Origin: Minisyncoccota bacterium
GTDB taxonomy: Bacteria > Patescibacteriota > Minisyncoccia > Phycocordibacterales > UBA5272
DNA length: 64,000 nucleotides
Direction: 5' to 3'
Assembly: GCA_041666645.1 (NCBI GenBank)
Contig: JBAYGN010000001.1
Span: forward strand, 31,625-95,624
In this document: in pieces, positions 45,703 to 57,137 of the stretch
How positions within the stretch are numbered: position 1 is the first letter of the stretch
How the letters are laid out: every line of letters begins with the position of its first letter
The notes under the pieces: model-generated
What the model was told of the DNA's origin: nothing
What the model saw: the letters and a program-made list of their open reading frames with translations, nothing else
Databases searched by the model: none
Program-made: the position numbers and the translations under genes

Positions 45703-46107
45703 TTATGAGTGGAGAATAAATTTCTGTACTTCTGCAAGTTCTTCTTCTGTTGCTGGGTGTATAAATTTTTTGTCGAAATCTTCTGTTTTGTTTGTTGGAA
45801 CTAGATGAATATGCGCATGGGGTATAATGTAACCTTCCACAAACATACAAACGCGAGCACATTCAAATTTAGCTTTTAAAAGTAGTGCTACATATCGAAC
45901 ACGATTCATTACTTCTGTATACAACTCCTCATTAAGTAAAAATAAATCACTATATTCCTGTTTTACAATAACAAGAGTGTGTCCTCTTTGGATTGGGTTA
46001 ATATCCAAAATAGCGCAAACATATTCATCCTCATAAATTTTATATGAAGGTAATTCACCTGAGATGATTTTTGTAAAAATGGTAGGCATGAAATTAGTAT
46101 ACCCCAC
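45703..46107 (-). CDS. HIT-family (histidine triad) protein
   Basis: 134 aa with the HAHIHLVP histidine-triad motif. Confidence 0.85.
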   Translation of the reverse strand: MGYTNFMPTIFTKIISGELPSYKIYEDEYVCAILDINPIQRGHTLVIVKQEYSDLFLLNEELYTEVMNRVRYVALLLKAKFECARVCMFVEGYIIPHAHIHLVPTNKTEDFDKKFIHPATEEELAEVQKFILHS

Positions 46108-46108
46108 T

Positions 46109-47329
46109 CTATTCGTATCGCAATGCTTCTATTGGATTAAGTTCTGATGCTTTTTTGGCTGGATAATAACCGAAAATAATTCCTATCCCTGTTGAAACCC
46201 CAAAAGCAAGTAGAACTGGACTTAAAGTAACCTGTGTTTGTAGAATACCAAAATAAGTGACTAAGTACGATGCTAAAACCCCCAGAGCAATACCTATAGC
46301 CCCACCAATAAAAGTGATAACTACAGATTCAACCAAAAACTGATTACTTATATCTTTTTTTCTGGCACCAATAGCTTTACGAAGTCCTATCTCACGAGTT
46401 CTTTCTCGAACATTTGTTAACATCATATTCATTATTCCTATACCCCCAACCAAGAGAGAGATGGATGCGACGGAGGAGAGAAGAACCGTAAATATTTTCG
46501 TAACTGATTGTGCAGTACTCGCCAAGTCCGCTTGATTGAAAATACTAAAATCAGCCTCGGCAGATGTTTTTTTGTTATGTTGAGCAAGAAGCAAATCAGT
46601 TATTTCTTTTTGCATCTCTGTTAAATCAGATTGATTTTCAGTTGTAACCGCAATTGAACTCAAATATTCACTGCCAGAAATATACCTAAGAGCTGTTGAT
46701 AGTGGTATGAAAATTCTATCATCCATATTTCCAAGCATGCTACCTCCTTTTGTTTCAGTTACACCAATGACTGTAAACCTCGTTCCATTTATACGTAACT
46801 CTTTACCGATAGCTTCTGTACCAGTACCAAATAAATCATCTCTGGTTGTTGGACCTAAAACTGCGACCCTCGCAGAAGTTCTATATTGTAAATCACTAAT
46901 AAAATCCCCATCAATTAAATCAATAGAGTGGGCGGGTTGATAAGCTGGTACAACTCCGACAATTGTTGTGTTTGTATTATTTCCTTCTGCAATAACCTGT
47001 GAGCGTGAACTTAATTCTGGTGAAACATCCCTAGCAAGAGAAATTTTTTCCTCTATTGCTTTAGCGTCTGCCAATTTCAATGTTTGCTGATTTGATCGTC
47101 CAACACTTACACCCCCCTGTTGATTACTTCCACCGCCAGATATAGTTAAAATATTTGAGCCTAGCGAGTTGATACTTGAAGAAATAGAAGCTTGAGCACC
47201 ATTTCCAATAGCAAGCATTATAATTACAGAAGCAATACCGATAACAATACCAAGAACGGTAAGTCCAGTTCTTACTTCATTTGCTGTTATAGAAATAAAT
47301 GTCTCTTCTAATAAATCTTTAATTGTCAT
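46109..47329 (-). CDS. ABC transporter permease, MacB/FtsX-like
   Basis: 406 aa: N-terminal TM helix, large extracytoplasmic MacB_PCD-like domain, C-terminal FtsX 3-TM domain. Confidence 0.8.
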   Translation of the reverse strand: MTIKDLLEETFISITANEVRTGLTVLGIVIGIASVIIMLAIGNGAQASISSSINSLGSNILTISGGGSNQQGGVSVGRSNQQTLKLADAKAIEEKISLARDVSPELSSRSQVIAEGNNTNTTIVGVVPAYQPAHSIDLIDGDFISDLQYRTSARVAVLGPTTRDDLFGTGTEAIGKELRINGTRFTVIGVTETKGGSMLGNMDDRIFIPLSTALRYISGSEYLSSIAVTTENQSDLTEMQKEITDLLLAQHNKKTSAEADFSIFNQADLASTAQSVTKIFTVLLSSVASISLLVGGIGIMNMMLTNVRERTREIGLRKAIGARKKDISNQFLVESVVITFIGGAIGIALGVLASYLVTYFGILQTQVTLSPVLLAFGVSTGIGIIFGYYPAKKASELNPIEALRYE

Positions 47330-47333
47330 AATT

Positions 47334-48023
47334 TTATTTATTTATATCAATCAATAACCCGTCTCTCACATGAATTGTTCTATCTGCGTGCTTAGCCACT
47401 TCTGATTCGTGAGTGATAATTATAATTGTTCTCCCTTCTTCCTTATTTAATTTTCTAAACGTGTTAAGAACTATTTCTCCAGTTTTTGTGTCTAAGTTAC
47501 CTGTTGGTTCGTCTGCAAGAATAATGCTTGGATTGTTAACAAGCGCACGAGCTATTGCTACGCGTTGTATTTGTCCACCAGATAAATGATTAGATAAATT
47601 TCCCCATTTATCTTCAGGGAACCCAGCAGATAATAAAGCTTGTTTTGCCCTTACTTCTCTATCACTAATACATATGTCTAAATAAGTAAGTGGTAACATT
47701 ACATTTCTTAATACAGTTGTACGTGGCAATAAATTAAAAGATTGAAAAACAAACCCAATTTTATTAGCACGAATAGATGCTTGTTCATCATCATTTAATT
47801 TAGAAACATCTTTACCGTCTAATTTATAAATACCTTTTGTTGGTTCATCAAGAAGTCCGATAATATTCATTATTGTTGATTTACCTGAACCTGATGGTCC
47901 CATAACTGCTACAAACTCACCTTTATTTATAGAAAAAGAAATTCCTTTTAAAACATGAGTTACGTTTTCATCATTTATATAATCTTTAGTTATATCTTTA
48001 CATTCAATAATAATTTCTTTCAT
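47334..48023 (-). CDS. ABC transporter ATP-binding protein (MacB/LolD type)
   Basis: [35 protein letters not shown]. Confidence 0.9.
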   Translation of the reverse strand: MKEIIIECKDITKDYINDENVTHVLKGISFSINKGEFVAVMGPSGSGKSTIMNIIGLLDEPTKGIYKLDGKDVSKLNDDEQASIRANKIGFVFQSFNLLPRTTVLRNVMLPLTYLDICISDREVRAKQALLSAGFPEDKWGNLSNHLSGGQIQRVAIARALVNNPSIILADEPTGNLDTKTGEIVLNTFRKLNKEEGRTIIIITHESEVAKHADRTIHVRDGLLIDINK

Positions 48024-48024
48024 G

Positions 48025-49767
48025 TTATTGTGGTCTTAAATTCCCACCATTAGTTGCCCTTCCTCCACTTTGCGGCCTAAAGAGCGAGGTTATTGATGGG
48101 GCTGATGATGATGTGCTAGATGTCGTTGTGGTTTTTTTAACAACCACTTTTTCCCCTTCTGAAATACCTCTAACGATTTCTGTTTGAGTATCATTTTGCA
48201 TTCCGATTTCTATAGGAACACGTTTCAATATTACAACCACAGTAGAAACATTTGACCCGGTACTTGTGCTGTTTATTTTTCCACTGTAAGTTGATGTTCC
48301 ATTTCTTATTCGGGTGGAAGTTGAATTAACTGGTAAAGAAGATAATTCATCCTTTTCTACATAGTACCCATTTGCATCTTCCTTAACAGCTTGACTTGGT
48401 ATATACAAAATATTATCTTTACTTGAAGTAATAACATCAACGGAAACACTCATGTTCGGAAGTATGCGAATATCGTCGGCGCTAAATGCGACTTTTATTT
48501 TATATGTAACGACACCAGAAGTTACTGTACCTAAAGTATTTATTTCTACTACATCTCCTTCTAATTCAAGTTCATCGACTGCATCAAAAATTATTTTTGC
48601 CTTTTGCCCTAAATGAACTTTTGGAATATCTGTTTCATTTAAAGTTACTTGCGCTAATTTTTTGTCTGTAACAATAGTCCCTAGAGCGGAGCTAGTATTT
48701 GATGAGGCCATAACAGCTGATGAACCAATATCAACCAAAACGTTAGCCATTACACCATCAAATGGTGCAGTGATAACATAATTTGATAAATTATATTGAG
48801 CATCCTCTAAAGCGTTCTTTTTTTGTTCAACTGTTAGTTTAGCACTTCTGACGTCTAGATTATCATCGCCTGGTGTAAGGTCAGCAAGTTTTTGTTTAAG
48901 ATTTGCAATAGTTCTATCACTCGCAGCATTATTTATATCTCTTGTAGTTATAGCGTTTTGCCATGTTGTATAATTAGAGGAATACGATGTTGATTGTTTA
49001 TTTGGAATATCAATAACCCAATTTGTTACAGGTGATGTACTATTCCATTTAATATAAAGACCTGAATCGCCTATAGGTTGAGGTACAACAGTGTTTATTT
49101 CTCCAGAAGCATTCACAATACCAGTTGCGGTAAAACTATAGCCAGTGTTTCCCCCTTGATACACGGAAATTTTTATTTGGCCTTCTGTAGTTTTTAAATA
49201 ACTACCGGAAAGAGTTGGGGCTGTCTCTGCTGTATAAGAAACATCGGGATTAATTGAAAGACCGGTATTTAATAAATTCTTATATGCTACTACAACTTTT
49301 GTATTTTCATTTTTCTTTGCATCCTCCGCTTGTTTTATAGAATCATTAAGAGTCATCAGGTCTATACTTTTTGGATTCTGTAATTTTTCTAGAGCAATTT
49401 GTGCAGACTCAAGACTCAATTTTGCATCACGAACCTGTTTGTATGCATCTGTAGCATCAAGCCTAAACAATACTTGTCCTGTTTTTACTTTATCTCCAGC
49501 TTTTACATATACACCAGTGACGTTAGCGTTTACTTTTGGTTTTAAATCAACCTGACTATTTGAAACAACTTGCCCTGTTCCAGAAACAATAGATGTCAGA
49601 GAGCCTCTTTTAACGGTTGCATATTGATAAGTGGTAGATACTGCGGGCTGTCCATAAGTGAAATAATAAATAACATAAACCAGAAATAGTCCAGTAACTA
49701 TGCTTAACTTGGGGTATTTTTTTATTAAAATAATAGCAGAGTCACGGTAATTTAAAATTTTTTTCAT
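48025..49767 (-). CDS. HlyD/MacA-like periplasmic adaptor family protein with Ser/Thr-rich tail
   Basis: 580 aa: N-terminal TM helix, biotinyl-lipoyl-like motifs (VKAGDKVKTGQVLFRLD), coiled-coil and beta-barrel regions. Confidence 0.7.
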   Translation of the reverse strand: MKKILNYRDSAIILIKKYPKLSIVTGLFLVYVIYYFTYGQPAVSTTYQYATVKRGSLTSIVSGTGQVVSNSQVDLKPKVNANVTGVYVKAGDKVKTGQVLFRLDATDAYKQVRDAKLSLESAQIALEKLQNPKSIDLMTLNDSIKQAEDAKKNENTKVVVAYKNLLNTGLSINPDVSYTAETAPTLSGSYLKTTEGQIKISVYQGGNTGYSFTATGIVNASGEINTVVPQPIGDSGLYIKWNSTSPVTNWVIDIPNKQSTSYSSNYTTWQNAITTRDINNAASDRTIANLKQKLADLTPGDDNLDVRSAKLTVEQKKNALEDAQYNLSNYVITAPFDGVMANVLVDIGSSAVMASSNTSSALGTIVTDKKLAQVTLNETDIPKVHLGQKAKIIFDAVDELELEGDVVEINTLGTVTSGVVTYKIKVAFSADDIRILPNMSVSVDVITSSKDNILYIPSQAVKEDANGYYVEKDELSSLPVNSTSTRIRNGTSTYSGKINSTSTGSNVSTVVVILKRVPIEIGMQNDTQTEIVRGISEGEKVVVKKTTTTSSTSSSAPSITSLFRPQSGGRATNGGNLRPQ

Positions 49768-49823
49768 GAATTATTGGTTTTGAAATTCCCCACATAATAG
49801 TACATGACTTAATACGTATACAC

Positions 49824-50546
49824 TCACATTTTCCTTTCATTTTTTGAATTATTTTTTATCTTTTCTATTTTTCCTATTAATCCATCTTCCAACCAAATAA
49901 CCCAATCGACGTACTTTTTATCATCATCTTCATGTGTAACTATTACAATTGTTTGTTTTAGCTCTTTGTTTAACTTGGCGAATAATTCAAGGACTATTGC
50001 TGCGGAAACAGTATCCAGATTAGCAGTCGGCTCATCAGCGTATAAAATCTGGGGATTATTCATGAGTGCACGGGCGATAGCAACACGCTGTTGTTCACCA
50101 CCAGACAATTCATTTGGATAATGATCTAAACGTTCTCCAAGACCAACCATTGTGAGTAATTTTGTAGCGCGCTTTTTGTAGTGAGAGGATTTTTCCCCAA
50201 GAGCCATTGCTGGGAAACACACATTTTCAAGCGCGGTAAATTCCATAATAAGGGCGTATTCTTGAAACACATACCCTAGGTGTTTAAGGCGAAATTCTGT
50301 TTTTTGTTCATCTGTAAAATTACTAACATTTATTTTATTTAAAAATATATCTCCCTTTGTCGGTGTATCTATCAAAGCCAGTTGATGAAGTAGTGTGGAT
50401 TTTCCTGAACCACTACGGCCCATTATGGCAACAAAATCACCTGGGGCAACCTCAAACGTCACACCTCTGAGTGCGTATGTTGGAACTTTACCTTCGTATG
50501 TTTTTGTAAGATTTTTAACTTTTATCATATAATTATTTATCCCCAA
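49824..50546 (-). CDS. ABC transporter ATP-binding protein (second set)
   Basis: [36 protein letters not shown]. Confidence 0.9.
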   Translation of the reverse strand: MGINNYMIKVKNLTKTYEGKVPTYALRGVTFEVAPGDFVAIMGRSGSGKSTLLHQLALIDTPTKGDIFLNKINVSNFTDEQKTEFRLKHLGYVFQEYALIMEFTALENVCFPAMALGEKSSHYKKRATKLLTMVGLGERLDHYPNELSGGEQQRVAIARALMNNPQILYADEPTANLDTVSAAIVLELFAKLNKELKQTIVIVTHEDDDKKYVDWVIWLEDGLIGKIEKIKNNSKNERKM

Positions 50547-51763
50547 ATTGTGAGCCGGATTCCCTGACGAACAACTATTCGTGATGGGACATATCCAGCA
50601 AGATAACCAGCGACAATAAATGATATCACGCTGATGAAAATTCCAAATGGAGTGTAGCTTAATTCCAAATTCATTAACCCTTCAATAATCGGTATAGGAT
50701 GAGATATAAAAAGTGGACGAATAATTCCAAACACCGCTAAGCTTCCCGTAATAAGACCACAGAAGGTGTAAAACAGCGATTGTATTACGTATGCGTTTAC
50801 AATAATTTTTTCCTTTAAACCAATCGCTCTTAAAATACCAATTTGTCTACGTCTATTAATTGCATTAACATAAATCAGAACGAAAATAGTAACTGCTGCA
50901 ACTATAACACTTATAACGCTCACAATGTCAGATATTAAACTAAGAGCACGTTCAAAAGAAACAAAACTTCCAAGTAAATCATTATAGTTTTGAATTTTAA
51001 GATTAGGTACGATTTTTTTTATTTTATTTTGATAATATTCAAGACTGTTTTTTGTGAGATCAGACTTTACCAAAATCTGCGAAGCAGAATTATAAACCGA
51101 GGCTACTGATTCAGCTTCTTTTGTTGTTATAAATGTTTCGTAAATACCCATTATGTCGTTATATATTCCTTTAACGGTATATATTCGCATTATTCCATTT
51201 GAATAAGTTATTTGTACTTTATCCCCGACTTTTACACCACCTAAATCGTTTACGCTTGGCGTACCATAACCACCAGCAAGAGCAGATGAAAATACTATCT
51301 GGTCTGTGTCGGTTTCGGACAATGATTCTCCGTACATCATCATCATTTCATCTAATTTAAGAACTTGTTTTTCTTCTATTGGATCAATGCCTACGATAGC
51401 GCCAGAAACGCTTTTGAACTGCCCATTTTTAATTTTGTCAAAAGAAATTGAACCCGCAAGAGTATAGTGTCTTGCTGTTGCTGTTATGCCAGGTATTGTT
51501 TTTATTTTCGCGCGTAATTCTTTTTGATTAGAAATATATTCTTTTACTTCTGGATATTGCTGAGGCCCTACTGTGATATCGGCGGATAAAATGTCAATTA
51601 TTATTTGCACCTCCCTTTTCCAGAGACCTGATAACACTCCAGAAATAAACATCATGTTAATGAAGCTAAGTGAGAGAATGAAAATCATCAAAAAAAGCAT
51701 AGACTTACTGCTTCGCAATATAGATTTGTAAGCTATAAAAAAAGCAGTTGTTAAGTCTTGCAT
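50537..51763 (-). CDS. ABC transporter permease, FtsX-like (second set)
   Basis: 408 aa with the same topology as 46109..47329. Confidence 0.8.
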   Translation of the reverse strand: MQDLTTAFFIAYKSILRSSKSMLFLMIFILSLSFINMMFISGVLSGLWKREVQIIIDILSADITVGPQQYPEVKEYISNQKELRAKIKTIPGITATARHYTLAGSISFDKIKNGQFKSVSGAIVGIDPIEEKQVLKLDEMMMMYGESLSETDTDQIVFSSALAGGYGTPSVNDLGGVKVGDKVQITYSNGIMRIYTVKGIYNDIMGIYETFITTKEAESVASVYNSASQILVKSDLTKNSLEYYQNKIKKIVPNLKIQNYNDLLGSFVSFERALSLISDIVSVISVIVAAVTIFVLIYVNAINRRRQIGILRAIGLKEKIIVNAYVIQSLFYTFCGLITGSLAVFGIIRPLFISHPIPIIEGLMNLELSYTPFGIFISVISFIVAGYLAGYVPSRIVVRQGIRLTIWG

Positions 51764-51766
51764 ATT

Positions 51767-53302
51767 TTATTGAGTTCCAATAACTACATTTTCACCTTCA
51801 GATAACCCGGAAATAATCTCAACCATACCTTCTTGGCTCTTAAGCCCTGTAGTTACATCTTTATTTATGACCTCTTCGTTTTGATAAAGTTGCACAGAGG
51901 TTTTTATATCATTAGCCTGTAAAGCGCTTGCTGGCACAATAAGAGTACTTGTTGCAACCCCAGTTTGTATTAAAACATTTGCAGTCATGCCAGACTTTAT
52001 ACGTTCGTCTGATTCATTAAATACTACCTTTGTTTTGTAATATATCGCACCTCCGATAATTGTTTGTGCTGGGTCTATTTGAGCAACTATTCCCGTCCAT
52101 TTCATTGATGGAAAAGAATTTAAATTGATACTAACTGGATTACCAATCTTAACATTTCCAACATTCTCTTCGGATAAATTAACATCTATCTGAAGTTTTA
52201 TTGTTGGAATAATTGACACAGCAATAACATTTGGAGAAATTACTTCGCCGACATTTCCATTTATATGTGTGATAGTTCCACTAACAGGTGCAATTAATTC
52301 CATTTGTTTTATTTGTGCTTCTATTGCTGATACGTTGGCTTTTGCTTGTGCCACCTGCGCTTCTTGTGCTGTTATAGATGATTTTGTTGACCCAGCTTGT
52401 TCAAGGGCTAGATTTTTCTGGTCCTTATCAAGTGTGGCAAGATTATTCTTCAGAGTTGTGATTGCTGTATTTAAAGAAGACACAGAACTGTCCACATTTG
52501 TACGAGCGGTTGCAACATTACTAATCCAACTATTTATACTCGTTTGACTTTCTGTGGCTGTCGGCACTGCGCCATTTAAAACTAAATTAACATTTGAAAG
52601 AAATTGTGAGATTAGGGATAGATTCTTTTGGGCTTCAACTCCTAGGGTTAATAAATTACTACCAGAACTAGAAAGGTTTGAAACATTACTCTTCCACATG
52701 GTTAATATATTCTCAGTTGACACTCGTTCTGAAAGGACTTTATTTGCAGCTTCTGAGTTATTGGTTGTAACCACAAGTGCCGGAGTTGTGCTTTTTGGGT
52801 TGGTTATAATTTGGTCAACTTTATTGTGCACAGAATCATCAGAAACTGTGTATGCGCTTTGAATCGCATATATAATATTTTGGTTAGCTTGTGACACGGC
52901 TATTTGGTCACTTTTAACCTGTGCTTCGGTTACGGCTATTTGCTCCTGACGTGTACCTTCTTCTAGAGATACAAGTTGCGCGTTTTGACTATCTACTAAC
53001 GCTTGTGCTTGCCGTAGTTGAGCTTTCAAAACTGTTGTATCCTGACGCGCAATAACATCTCCGGCTTTTACCTTGTCTCCGACTTTCACACCAAAAAACG
53101 TGAGCTTGCCGCTATTTTGAAATTGAAGATTTATAGTTGTTGGCGAAGCAACATTTCCTCTTGCAGAAACTTCTTCTATTATTTGTCCTCTTTTTACACT
53201 AGCGGTTATGTATGACGGGGCCTTAGATAAGGTAAACCAATAGTATCCTGCGCCACCAATAATGACGAGTGATATTATTCCAGCAATAATGTATCCTTTC
53301 AT
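51767..53302 (-). CDS. HlyD-family adaptor protein (second set)
   Basis: 511 aa: N-terminal TM helix, VKVGDKVKAGDVIARQD lipoyl-like motif, long coiled coil. Confidence 0.7.
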   Translation of the reverse strand: MKGYIIAGIISLVIIGGAGYYWFTLSKAPSYITASVKRGQIIEEVSARGNVASPTTINLQFQNSGKLTFFGVKVGDKVKAGDVIARQDTTVLKAQLRQAQALVDSQNAQLVSLEEGTRQEQIAVTEAQVKSDQIAVSQANQNIIYAIQSAYTVSDDSVHNKVDQIITNPKSTTPALVVTTNNSEAANKVLSERVSTENILTMWKSNVSNLSSSGSNLLTLGVEAQKNLSLISQFLSNVNLVLNGAVPTATESQTSINSWISNVATARTNVDSSVSSLNTAITTLKNNLATLDKDQKNLALEQAGSTKSSITAQEAQVAQAKANVSAIEAQIKQMELIAPVSGTITHINGNVGEVISPNVIAVSIIPTIKLQIDVNLSEENVGNVKIGNPVSINLNSFPSMKWTGIVAQIDPAQTIIGGAIYYKTKVVFNESDERIKSGMTANVLIQTGVATSTLIVPASALQANDIKTSVQLYQNEEVINKDVTTGLKSQEGMVEIISGLSEGENVVIGTQ

Positions 53303-53502
53303 GTAATTTATTTATAACGAAAGATATCGTTTAGTACTTAAGTTAACTTTAACATGTAAGTACATAAGCGAGAACGAAGTTATGTACACAATTAAAAAAA
53401 ACACCAACAAGTGTGGTATAAAAAATAATAACTATTACAAGTAAATTAATACAGTAGCGAGCGGTAAAGTTTTACCTATAAAACAATTAATACAAGCACC
53501 TC

Positions 53503-53727
53503 CTACTCTTTAGGTAGTCCGAGCTTATCCATTACAATTGCACCCAAACAATATCCTGTAATTGCAAAAAGTATTTGCATTAGTGCCACTATTAAACCAA
53601 GAAAAATCCAAGCGAGTACACCAGTAAATAACACCAATAGTCCTGATATAAGTGTTATGAGTCCAGCAAGAAGATAAGTAACTCTTCCTATATACCAATG
53701 AGTTGTTTTAATTTTAAATATAGCCAT
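53503..53727 (-). CDS. small membrane protein, DUF2892 (YgaP-like) type
   Basis: The listed ORF 53503..53820 overlaps tRNA-Tyr. The likely start is Met32 (MAIFKIKTTHWYIGR...), giving 74 aa with two TM helices. Confidence 0.5.
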   Translation of the reverse strand: MAIFKIKTTHWYIGRVTYLLAGLITLISGLLVLFTGVLAWIFLGLIVALMQILFAITGYCLGAIVMDKLGLPKE

Positions 53728-53742
53728 AATATATTTATTTTG

Positions 53743-53826
53743 TGCGCCGGGCTGGATTTGAACCAGCGAAGCCCGAAGGGCGACAGATTTACAGTCTGTT
53801 GTGATTGACCACTCCACCACCGACGC
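53743..53826 (-). tRNA. tRNA-Tyr (anticodon GTA), long variable arm
   Basis: Minus strand: GCGTCGG TG GTGG AGTGGTCAA TCAC A ACAGA CTGTAAA TCTGT CGCCCTTCGGGCTTC GCTGG TTCAAAT CCAGC CCGGCGC A. Confidence 0.85.
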
Positions 53827-53896
53827 AAGTTAAAAAATAATAACATAAATAACGTAAAAAAGCGAGTCCACAGACTCGCTTTTTTACGTTATTTAT

Positions 53897-56593
53897 TTAT
53901 TTCTTTGCCATGACTTCATTTTTTGAAAGTGGGCTTGGAATCTTTTTGGGTTTTTGGACCGCAACTTCTAGTTCACCTTTTTTATTAAGGGAAACGTGGG
54001 CAATGCCTCCTTTAGAAAACTTTCTTGAAAGAATGAGCACTGCTATATTATTTAAGATATTTGTTTGTATAAATCTCTTAATTGGTCGAGCTCCATAATG
54101 AGGGTCATAAGACTTCTCCGCAATATGTTCAACTGCCTCTTCGGTAACTTCTAAATTAATTTCCTTTTCAAGAAGTCTTTTTGCAACAGAAGCAATTTGT
54201 AATCCTACTATTTGTTTTATTTCTTCTTTTGAAAGTACATCAAAGATGATGGTTTCATCGAGTCGATTCAAAAACTCTGGCTTAAAGAATTCTTTAACTG
54301 CTCCCATAACACGCTCTTTAACTTGAACATATTCAGTGCCAACTTCATTATTTCCAAAACCAATCTGCTCCATTTTTTGAATGTACTGACTACCGATATT
54401 TGATGTCATAACGATAATGGTATTTTTAAAGTTAACAACTCTTCCTTTACTGTCTGTTAATCTTCCTTCGTCAAGAACTTGGAGAAGTATATTAAACACT
54501 TCAGGGTGTGCCTTTTCAACTTCATCAAACAAAATAACAGCATATGGTCTGTGGCGCACAGCTTCAGTTAATTGTCCTGACTCATCATAACCAACATATC
54601 CTGGTGGTGAACCAATTAATTTACTTGTGCTGTGCTTTTCCATGTATTCACTCATGTCTACCTTGATGAGCGCTTTTTCATCATTAAACATAAACTCGGC
54701 GAGAGCTTTTGTAAGCTCTGTTTTACCAACACCAGTTGGCCCAAGGAACATAAATGAGCCAATCGGTCGTGACGGGTCATTAATTCCAGCACGTGAACGA
54801 CGCACTGCACCACTTATCTTTGTAATCGCGTCACGTTGACCAATTACTCTTTTACCGAGCTCTTCTTCCATTCTAGATAACTTTTCCTCTTCTTCTTCAA
54901 GCATTCTAACAACTGGAATACCTGTCCAACGAGCTACAACTGAGGCTATATCTTCTTCTGTAACTTCTTCCTTCAAAATCCTACGAGTCTTTTGAAGTTT
55001 TTTTAGTTTTTCTAAACGCTCGTTTAATTCTTTAGTTAATTCTGGAATCTGTCCATAGCGAATTTCCGCCACGCGTGTTAAATCTGCGCGTAGTTCAGCA
55101 TTTTCTGCTTCTGTACGAAGAGACTCCAATGACTTTTTAATCTCACCTATTTCACTTAAAGTTTTCTTTTCATTTTTCCATTTAAGTTCTAGTTCTCGAG
55201 TTTTTTCTTTAACATTGGCGATTTCTTCTTCAATGTCTTTTATGCGCTTCTTGGTAGAGGTAACATCGTCATTACCATAAGCTATAACTTCTTTATTAAG
55301 AGCCTCCTTTTCAATTTCAAGACGCACTATTTTACGGTGTGCTTCATCAAGGACTGGTGGTTTATTTTCAAGCGCAATACGAAGTGAAGAAGCAGCTTCG
55401 TCAATTAAGTCAATTGCTTTATCTGGTAGAAAACGATTAGTGATATATCTTGTTGAAAGATTAACAGCTGAAACGAGTGCGTCGTCTATGATACGTACAC
55501 CGTGGAACAGTTCATATTTTTCTTTCAGACCACGTAAAATAGCAAGCGCATCTGCTTCTGTTGGCTCTTCAACAAATACCGGCTGAAAACGTCGTGCGAG
55601 CGCTGGGTCTTTTTCGATATGCTTCTGATATTCTTTCAAGGTTGTTGCACCAATGGCGCGAAGTTCTCCGCGAGAAAGCGCGGGCTTTAGTAAGTTCGCA
55701 GCATCTGCTGAACCTTCTGTTGCTCCAGCTCCTACAATTGTATGTATTTCATCAATGAAAAGAATTATGCCACCCTCTGAGCGCTCTATTTCTTTCATAA
55801 TAGCTTTCAAGCGCTCTTCAAATTCTCCTCGGAATTTTGTTCCTGCAATAAGCGTTCCCAAGTCAAGAGAAACAAGTTCTTTATCTTTCAAACTCTCTGG
55901 TACGTCCCCTTTTGCCATACGAATAGCAAGACCTTCAACAACGGCAGTCTTTCCAGTTCCTGCTTCACCAATTAAAATCGGATTATTTTTTGTACGACGA
56001 GAAAGAATTTGCATTAAACGCATGATTTCTGTGTCACGTCCAATCACTGGGTCCAGTTTGTCAGCGCGTGCCATATCAGTAAAATTACGCGTGTATTTTG
56101 CAAGAGCTTTATTTTTCTTTGGACTTGTTGCTTCAGTAATATTTTGTGTGCGAAGCTCTTCTAATATATGATATGCGGCGTCTTTATCAATTCTAAAACG
56201 CGCAAGTAGCTCACGCACTTGTCCTGTTGTTTCTAATAGCGCAAGAAATAGGTGTTCTGTTGATACAAATTCATCACCCAAAGACTGTGCAACTTTAAGA
56301 GATATTTCAAGGGTTTGAGCAAGTTCTGGTGTAAGGTACATTTGATACGACTGACTCATGGTAGCCGAAGATCCTGGAACCTCTATAGCGTCAACAATAC
56401 TATCCGTTAAATGAATAACATCTACTTCAAGTTTTTCCAAAATAGCATGAACAAGAGACTCTTCTTGTGTAAGAAGAGCCCCCATAAGGTGTAGCGGACT
56501 GACCTGATTTTGTCCTCGCTCAATAGCCAGCTCATGTGCGTGGCGTATAACCTCTTTAGCTTTTGTTGTGAAATTATTAAATGATGGAGGCAT
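53897..56593 (-). CDS. clpB: ATP-dependent chaperone ClpB
   Basis: 898 aa: Clp N-domain, two AAA+ modules (GEAGTGKTA; GPTGVGKTE) and a long middle coiled-coil domain. Confidence 0.9.
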   Translation of the reverse strand: MPPSFNNFTTKAKEVIRHAHELAIERGQNQVSPLHLMGALLTQEESLVHAILEKLEVDVIHLTDSIVDAIEVPGSSATMSQSYQMYLTPELAQTLEISLKVAQSLGDEFVSTEHLFLALLETTGQVRELLARFRIDKDAAYHILEELRTQNITEATSPKKNKALAKYTRNFTDMARADKLDPVIGRDTEIMRLMQILSRRTKNNPILIGEAGTGKTAVVEGLAIRMAKGDVPESLKDKELVSLDLGTLIAGTKFRGEFEERLKAIMKEIERSEGGIILFIDEIHTIVGAGATEGSADAANLLKPALSRGELRAIGATTLKEYQKHIEKDPALARRFQPVFVEEPTEADALAILRGLKEKYELFHGVRIIDDALVSAVNLSTRYITNRFLPDKAIDLIDEAASSLRIALENKPPVLDEAHRKIVRLEIEKEALNKEVIAYGNDDVTSTKKRIKDIEEEIANVKEKTRELELKWKNEKKTLSEIGEIKKSLESLRTEAENAELRADLTRVAEIRYGQIPELTKELNERLEKLKKLQKTRRILKEEVTEEDIASVVARWTGIPVVRMLEEEEEKLSRMEEELGKRVIGQRDAITKISGAVRRSRAGINDPSRPIGSFMFLGPTGVGKTELTKALAEFMFNDEKALIKVDMSEYMEKHSTSKLIGSPPGYVGYDESGQLTEAVRHRPYAVILFDEVEKAHPEVFNILLQVLDEGRLTDSKGRVVNFKNTIIVMTSNIGSQYIQKMEQIGFGNNEVGTEYVQVKERVMGAVKEFFKPEFLNRLDETIIFDVLSKEEIKQIVGLQIASVAKRLLEKEINLEVTEEAVEHIAEKSYDPHYGARPIKRFIQTNILNNIAVLILSRKFSKGGIAHVSLNKKGELEVAVQKPKKIPSPLSKNEVMAKK

Positions 56594-56784
56594 AGTTATT
56601 AATTTTTCAATTTCAATTCACAATTTTCAATAAAAATAAACATGGGTGCAGATACAAATCAATAATCAATCATTCAGTGTATATACAGTATAGCAGGATA
56701 AATGCGTCAGAATATCTGAATAAGCAGTCATAGCGGTATACCTTTTTTCTACAGGAATTTTGTATATAAGTCAAATAATAGCAC

Positions 56785-56812
56785 TTGACAAAATGTAAAT
56801 ATAATATAGTAT
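56785..56812 (+). promoter_or_regulatory. candidate promoter TTGACA-16-TAGTAT
   Basis: CACTTGACAAAATG context is shared with 61798-61810. -10 context is TATAGTATT. Confidence 0.5.
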
Positions 56813-56857
56813 TTTTATTAGTAAATCTATTTAGCTCGTTTTTAAAAAGGACAACAC

Positions 56858-57049
56858 ATGAATAATAGGAATGACCGCAAAATTACGCCAAAAACCTATA
56901 AAGGACCTTGGATTATATGCCTGGCGTGTAATTCTTTTATAAAGACTGGCATGATAAAACCCATTAAGTTGGACGAAAACGTCTATCATTTCCAGTGTCT
57001 ACCAAAAAAGATTAGTGCGTGGAAACTAACAAGTAAAAGTAGTCCCTAA
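56858..57049 (+). CDS. small hypothetical Cys-containing protein
   Basis: 63-aa ORF with its own promoter, followed by a hairpin (57073-57112) with A-run and T-run flanks. Confidence 0.4.
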   Translation: MNNRNDRKITPKTYKGPWIICLACNSFIKTGMIKPIKLDENVYHFQCLPKKISAWKLTSKSSP

Positions 57050-57137
57050 AATCAACAATCAATTAATCAAAAAAAAAACAGACTCGATCATAATGACCAA
57101 CGTCTGTTTTTTATTTTGTAAATTATATATTTAGATA

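Noticed and set aside
56594-56857. Looked for CIRCE (TTAGCACTC-N9-GAGTGCTAA) or CtsR boxes upstream of clpB
   Set aside because: Only repeated TTGAAA-like A/T-rich words are present. There is no convincing operator.
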